From positions 92,800,841 through 92,860,172 of the forward strand of contig NC_068983.1 in the NCBI RefSeq assembly GCF_001194135.2: a stretch of 59,332 nucleotides of DNA. Reading direction: 5' to 3'. Below the pieces are notes generated by a model that saw only the letters and a program-made list of their open reading frames with translations, made no database searches and was not told the origin of the DNA. The translations under genes and the position numbers were made by a program. This document shows positions 52,381 to 59,332 of this stretch, piece after piece (positions within the stretch are counted from its first letter, which is position 1; each line of letters starts with the position of its first letter). This stretch comes from Octopus bimaculoides. Its lineage: Eukaryota.

Positions 52381-55108
52381 CTCCTACTTCATCAGGAGTT
52401 GAGGGCTGAAGCTAGAATGTGACAAAGCTGGTCCTTTGAATGACAAAAACAGTCTTACCGTTTCTGACAACCCAATATCACTGAAATGGCTTGGGTGGAT
52501 CCTAGAGTATAGCAAAAGAGATCTGTCCAAGATGTCACAAAACTGGATCAAACCCAAGACTTCATCATTGTGAAGCAAACTTCTTAACTAGTCAACAATG
52601 TTTGGGCAATCTTCCAGTTAGATCAATATACACATACATATATGTACTAAGATACATATATGATATTTATTTATATATGAATATGTAGCGCATATAAGTG
52701 TGTGGGCAAGATTTAAAAAAAATTGATCAGCTGATTCACATTAGAGAAGAATAAAGCAGAAAATAAGAAAATATGACGAAGACTGGTTTGTGGATGGAAA
52801 CCTATAACAAGTAGCAGCTGATTATAGAAGAAGGCTTCAAAGAACACCAAACATTTCTTAAGTAATCTAATTTAGAACTGCTGAACCACATTGAAAATAT
52901 CAATATTTCTTTAACAATGTTGAAGGTCAGAGTTGAACATTTTTCATTATGTGTGTGTGTGTTTATTGCTAATAATGATATCAGTATATAATATTTATAT
53001 TGTTCAGTTTGAAATATATAGAAGATATAAAATCCTATTTATTACAGAAATTATTGGGTATCTAATGGAAGTAGCCATTAAAATGTACCACATACATTGC
53101 AAACTATTCAACATATCTTAGTACATTGCAGGTATATATTTCATGTCTCCTGAAGAAATGAGAATCTGAGAGTTAATATCAGATTTCATCTGCAACATGT
53201 GGAATACACAGGTATTGAATAGTTTACAGATTTACATTTAGATCTAGGGAACAGCATTTGGGTAATCTTCCAGTCATGACCAAACTGTGTTGAACAGGGA
53301 ACTGACTCTTAGGTGAAAGTACTTAAAAGTTTTATACTTTGAGAAATAACTGCAACAAGTCTATTATGATTTGAAGTTTAATAATAATCTTTTTGATTCA
53401 TTTTAGCATTTTAGTTCACATTGACACTATGCTTTAGCAAATATTAATGGCATGATAATAATAAACATATTCGCATTATGGTAGATTCATTTAAAACATG
53501 TGATGTTTTATTATTATTTTTCATGTCTTTTTTAAATGTATCTATTATTACTTAATAGACTCTTAATAATGAATGCATGTATGAATATTGTAAATTAAAG
53601 AGAAGTGAATATGACAGTACATGTGTTTTAAAAGGATAATAAGATTCTACTATGATGCAATTGTTTTAGTTTCAACATATACTAAACAAGCACAACTTTG
53701 GAATAAACACAAATTTAAAGATTTTGGTAGTTTATAGATAGTAAGGGCTCATGCTTAACTGTATGCTATAGATATGGCTGTATGGGAAGAGGTTTGCTTC
53801 CAAATCATATGGTTCTGGGTTCAGTCCCACTTTATGGCACCTTGGGCAAGTGTTTTCTATAATTTGGGCCAACAAAAACCTTGTGAGTGAATGTGATAGA
53901 TGGAAACCGAAAGAAGCCTGTCATAATATATTTGTATTTACCACCACTTAAAAGTGGATGTTGTGAACCTCTCATATTGGCTTTTGGTGCATATGAGTAC
54001 TCTTGATTTCAGCCTTCCCTGGCCTTGTCAATGGTAGCACAAATCATATGATCAGGTAGTCTTGGCAGTGGCAATGGTGGGTGATTTATCTCCCACTAGC
54101 AATGTAAACAAGAACTCCTCGCAATCCTTGACTGAGAAGAACGCTCAAGAAATGACAGCCAGAGGGAGAAAAGGCTGCACTAACACTGGGGTGGTATTCA
54201 TTTATGACTTAGTAGACAAGAGCAACATGAAATAAACTGCTTTTCTCAAGAAGACAATACACTGCTCAGTCTAAGAATTGAGCTTACTACTATATGACTG
54301 TGAGCTCAATACCTTAATCATAAAGTACTTTTACATACACATTCATGCACACAAATATTTATTCGTAAGTCACAGCAAATATTTTGCATAAAAAATATTT
54401 GAAACAATTTATAATCCAAATCTATATGGAAGATGAGACAAGAACTATAGCTTTTCAAATTATGTTGCATGTCTAATGATATTAGTAGAGTTTGATTAAT
54501 TCTCTTTATACCAGTATGACAATCTTTCATACAGGGTAAGATTTTCTCCTTTTATAAAAACCTATTTCTTTCAAACATTTATCATCCAACAGACAAGCTC
54601 ACAAAAAAAAAACCCTTTTCCTTTCTTTCTATTCTCCCTTGACCTTTACCCTTTCAGTGTTTACTTATTTCTCCAAAAATGTTTCTTTCAATTTTTGCTG
54701 TCATCTCTCCCATCAACATTTCTGAGATTATTTTAACTCATCATCATCCAATCTCCACCCAGACATTTCACTGTATCACCAGAGCCACTGATTTCTTCGC
54801 TAATATGCTTAAGGCTATTCAATAAGCTCAAAAGACAAGATTTATATAAAAAAAATTCTCTGGTTTCCTTGCATATAGTGATAACTACAGGTATTTATTC
54901 AGAATCACTGTATCCAACTGTAATGTGCAACTGAGTGGTTCAGCATTTATTATAGTGGCTGGTTGTGACAATGATAAAATTCCCTAAACAAGTTTTCTGA
55001 GGTACCTATATAAGTCACCCCTCTGAATTCATTTTTTTAAAAAAGGAAAAGAAAGACTTTACACATGAGTAAATATTGTGTATGCATAGGTGTGTATGTA
55101 TACATACA

Positions 55109-56215
55109 CATCATCATCATCATTTAACATCCACTTTCCATGCCTCACCAGGTTTTCGCAAGCACTTACCATGCCTCAACAGGTCTTCGCGAGCACAGTT
55201 TATTACCCAATGATTCAAGGGTACTCTTAAATGGACTGGTTATGCTGCACTGACATAGGCCACAGTTATGGTCTCACTAGGCTTACTGGGAATTCTCAAG
55301 CACAACATAGCTCCAAAGGCCTCAGTCACTTGTCATTGCCTTGGTGAGGCCCAGCGTTCGAAGGTCGTGCCTCACCACCTCATCCCAGGTATTCCTAGGT
55401 CTACCTCTTCCACAGGTTCCCTCTACTGCTAGGGTGTGACACTTTTTCACACAGCTGTTCTCATCCATATGCAACACATGACCATACCAAGGCAGTCATC
55501 TCTCTAGCACACCACATCTGATGCTTCTTAAGTCCAACTTTTCTCTCAGGGCGCTTACACTCTGTCATGTATGCACATAGACATTACACATCCAGTGGAA
55601 CATACTAACTTCATTCCTTGCAAGCTCACGCATGTCCTCAGCAGTCATGGCCCATGTTTCACTGCCATGTAGTGTGGCTGTTTGCACACATGCATCATAC
55701 AGTCTACCTTTTACTCTGAGCGAGAGACCCTTTGTCACCAGCTTGAGTAGGAGCTCTCTGAACTTTGCTTAGGCTACTTTGGTTTTTGCTAGATTGACTC
55801 TAAGGCCCTTCGATTCTAGACCTTGCTTCCACATCTGAAACTTCTACTCTAGTTCTGATAGTGACTCACCTATTAGAGCAAAGTCATCAGCATAGAGAAG
55901 CTCCCAGGAGTATCCTATCATGAATTCCGCTGTTATTGCCTGGAGGACTATGATGAATAAGAGGGGGTTGAGGATTGATCCTTGGTGGACTCCTACCCGG
56001 AATTCTTCACTGTACTTATTGCCAACCCTCACCTTGCTGACAGCATCCCTGTACATGGCAAGCACAGCTCTAACTAACCCTTCATCTATCCCTAGTTTTC
56101 ACATTGACCACCAGATAAGGGATCGGGGAGTTTGTCGAAGGCTTTCTCCATGTCAACGAAAGCCAGGTACAGAGGTTTATCTTTGGCTAGGTATTTCTCC
56201 TACAGCTGTCTTACC
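55109..56215 (-). mobile_element. 5'-truncated, internally deleted RTE LINE retaining the RT core
   Basis: LAFVDMEKAFD, VGVHQGSILNPLLF and LLYADD motifs, the RTE C-terminus and 3' UTR, and a (CAT)n tail at ~55109-55122. Confidence 0.9.
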
Positions 56216-56477
56216 AGAAATATGGTACAAACCTAAACTGCATCTTGTCTGCTTATCAAGTTGGAATGGGCTGGACAGTTTGGAAGTATACAATAGGTCA
56301 CACATATACACACATATAAGTATATTTAACCATTTTATGTCCACTTATCATACTGGAAAGTGGTTGGACAGTTTGGTAGCATACAACTGGTCAAGAGACC
56401 ATACTTTGCTCCAATGTTGATATATAGACATTACACCCCCTATCTCTCTCTCTCTATATATATACATACATACACAC

Positions 56478-56527
<50 letters not shown>

Positions 56528-56607
56528 AGTGACTCTAGGTTATCAGCATCACTTGGGCTTATAGTAGATTTCACATAAGACACATGCCTGCTCGAAGNNN
56601 NNNNNNN

Positions 56608-56666
<59 letters not shown>

Positions 56667-58619
56667 AGTGACTCTAGGTTATCAGCATCACTTGGGCTTA
56701 TAGTAGATTTCACATAAGACACATGCCTGCTCGAAGAATTTCAAGTTTTTCAGCTTTATTTCTAGCTCCAAATGGCATATTTTCTGTATCTAGCACTACG
56801 ACTTTCTCCATTTCTAAGTTAAGGATAAAAATAAAGCAACCCTGCAAAACACGACTGATCTTTGCACACAGATGCACAGAATAACAGCAATCAAATAAAG
56901 ACAGCAGAGTGCACAACAAACATCAGTGATCTGACTGTTGCTTGCACTCTTGACAAGAGACGCAAGTTAGTCTTTTACACCTACCAGGCTCATTCGTATT
57001 AACCAGAGTTGCTGAATAATTTTTCGTTCCTTTAAGAATATTTAAAACGAAAGCTTTTCATAGATTGGAATTTAAATCCTAATATCTAGAGAAATTTATT
57101 GTTTCAAGAAAACACTGAATTTGAATCACTTTTAATCGTTACAATTATAGATAACAACTAGGGCTGTAACTTCTAAGCCCGAGTAAGGCACATATGAATG
57201 ATATCGAGAGAAAATCTGCTATGAATGATATTTTTTGACACAGAGCACTTGTAAGATGACTGCCAGATGCTGAATGAAAAAAAAAAAATGAACTGTGACC
57301 AGGCTCAATAAAAGGAGCCCGAGCTATTGGCTGTAATTGCATACTTGAAGTCAGTGTAGGCAGAGCTTAACTCATTACCTCCCATAATTCTATTAACTGG
57401 AATTTTTTTATGAAACTTTGATTTCTAGCATAAAACAGCCTTAGAAACATGCTGGAATGATCAAAATAACATTTCAAAATAACATTTTAAATAGAAATAA
57501 GCAAGATATTGGGTGAAAAATTAGCAAACCTCATTTGAATATCAGAGAAATATACCTAGTAGATATAGCAAAAAGGTTAGATATGTGTAAATATTGACAG
57601 ATAATTACGAAATTTGTAATTTTTAAGTGATCTCATATGAGATCACTGGTAGGTAATGGGTTAAATCACCTTGCAAATACATGTTCACTTTACTAAATTT
57701 ATACTTGGGCTAAGCCCAAAAAGCCTGAGTGCTGGAGTCACCATTGATATATATGTATATATGTAGGTAAGCATATACAAAATTTAGAGGATATGTGTGT
57801 GTGTGCACGTGTGTGTGTGTGTGTGTGTGAGTGTATGTGTGTCCATTCTTGTACATATTTTGTCCTATTACATCCAGTGTTGATTTGTTTCTGTCCTCAT
57901 AACTTAGCAGTTCAGCAAGAACTGATAGACTAGGTACCAGACTCAGAAAAATATGTACTGGGGTTGGTTTGCTTGCATGGACCATTCAAAGTAGTGCTCC
58001 AGTATGGCCACAGACCAAAGACTGAAATCAGCAAAAGATAAAAGATATATTTACAGCTTCCAAGAACTGAAGACTGCAGACATGAAGGAGTGAATATATC
58101 ACAATGTAAATATTATACTTTAGAGCAAAATACCTTTCTAAAAAATAATGGTTTATTTAGACAGGGACTGACCAAAGTATTATTTGTTTTGTTTTTTTTT
58201 AGAGTGAGGGTGGAGTGGATCAGATTACTATTATTTAGAACAAACTAACAAAATAATTTATACCATTGCTTGAGCTGAAGGATACAGTAGTCAAATCTCC
58301 TTTAAAATCTGAAGGGATGGAAACACTAAATCAAGTATTTCAAACTACATTACATCCAAATAAAAGACAGTTTAGCTATGACTGGAATGTATTTGATCGT
58401 AGGTTTGTTTTGTCATGACTGACTTTCAGCTGAAAAAACAACAAATTTAGTTTATAAACCCTGGGCAGGATTAAAAGTGAAACTGACAATTGAATTGGAA
58501 CTTGGAATGTTCAAAAGCAGTATTAAAAATCTCTGTAGGTCATTTAGTCCTTCTACCCTATCGTTTTTTATTAATTCATCAGTCTCAAATCATAGATAAA
58601 AGTTAGTTGGTTAGTTATT

Positions 58620-58810
58620 TCTTTCCATGCCATGAGGCACATGAAATTGCAACACAATCTCTCCAACAAGCTCTGATTTCTGCCACTGTTCTGGTTTCAT
58701 TCCAGCTTCTCCACCTTTCTCGTCTCCTTTCCTTGTCAATAGTCCATTGCTATGTGGTTTTAGGGTGCCCTATTGCTCTTTTCTCCCTAAGGCTGTCACT
58801 TCAGTGCCAC
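58620..58810 (-). mobile_element. Short RTE-like LINE 3' remnant
   Basis: ccatgccatgaggcacatgaaattgcaac...tgtggttttagggtgccctattgctctt resembles a reverse-oriented RTE 3' terminus. Confidence 0.4.
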
Positions 58811-59332
58811 CATACAATTGTTTTTTCAATCTTATCTGCTAACAGACAAAAAGAGGAGGCAGGTGGTGGCCGTCAAAGACAAGAATAGTGACATAATCAA
58901 AATTAGATAATAAGAGAGACACTAAATAAGCATATCTGAGATATCATCATTGTTTTAATGCTTACTTGTCCATGCTTGCATGATGGTGATGTTAAGACAA
59001 AGAGGTACAAACACATACACACACACACTATATACACACTCTGTTGTAATTTGACCTAAAGATTAGCTATATTTTTGAATAGAATTGATTTTCAATAGTT
59101 TTAATCGATTTAAATATTTTTTCTATTTGAAAATTTGGTTATGAAACACGTGTGGTCGTTTTATTATCATTATCTTATGATATTTACTTTGTATTATATT
59201 ATACTTATTTATTGTGTTTTTACTTATTAATTTTCTATATGTGACTGGATTTTCATCGATGAGTTCATGAACCTTGGTTCTTTTCTCTAAAACTATATAT
59301 CATCATCATCATCATCATCATCGTCATCATCG

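Noticed and set aside
56477-56735. Exact repeat of (TA)n-cagaagtgactctagg...gctcgaag
   Set aside because: Also flanks a 10-N gap; assembly artefact.
56710-56919. 69-aa minus ORF containing LQGC as a possible LamG exon
   Set aside because: Lacks the GCxSRVxF/PLK pattern and suitable splice sites.

Overview
AT-rich, microsatellite- and transposon-dense animal genomic DNA with assembly gaps. The repeat complement and the neurexin-IV-type gene point to an invertebrate, most likely an octopus; the taxon is my inference. Two convergent protein-coding genes are supported. (1) + strand: a ~1.25-kb exon (1645-2891) of a RIG-I-like/Hef-type DExH helicase (motifs II-VI plus Hel2i) whose frame stops before any C-terminal RNA-binding domain. 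About 3.7 kb downstream is a decayed copy of the matching N-terminal helicase exon (Q-motif, Walker A, motif Ia), followed by a paralogous piece of the intron. Together these suggest a tandem birth-and-death locus of an RLR-like sensor. (2) - strand: the last two exons of a neurexin IV/CNTNAP gene (34331-34483, 24044-24231). The rest is intergenic or intronic DNA carrying RTE and R4/Dong-like LINE fragments, several tRNA-derived SINE families in head-to-tail and inverted arrays, mariner and Tc1 relics, a solo LTR with a 4-bp TSD, a Helitron-like element, a hammerhead-ribozyme-like core, two long palindromes and a minisatellite. No rRNA, genuine tRNA gene or CRISPR array was seen. Family names for repeats come from recalled motifs, not database searches, and repeat boundaries are approximate.
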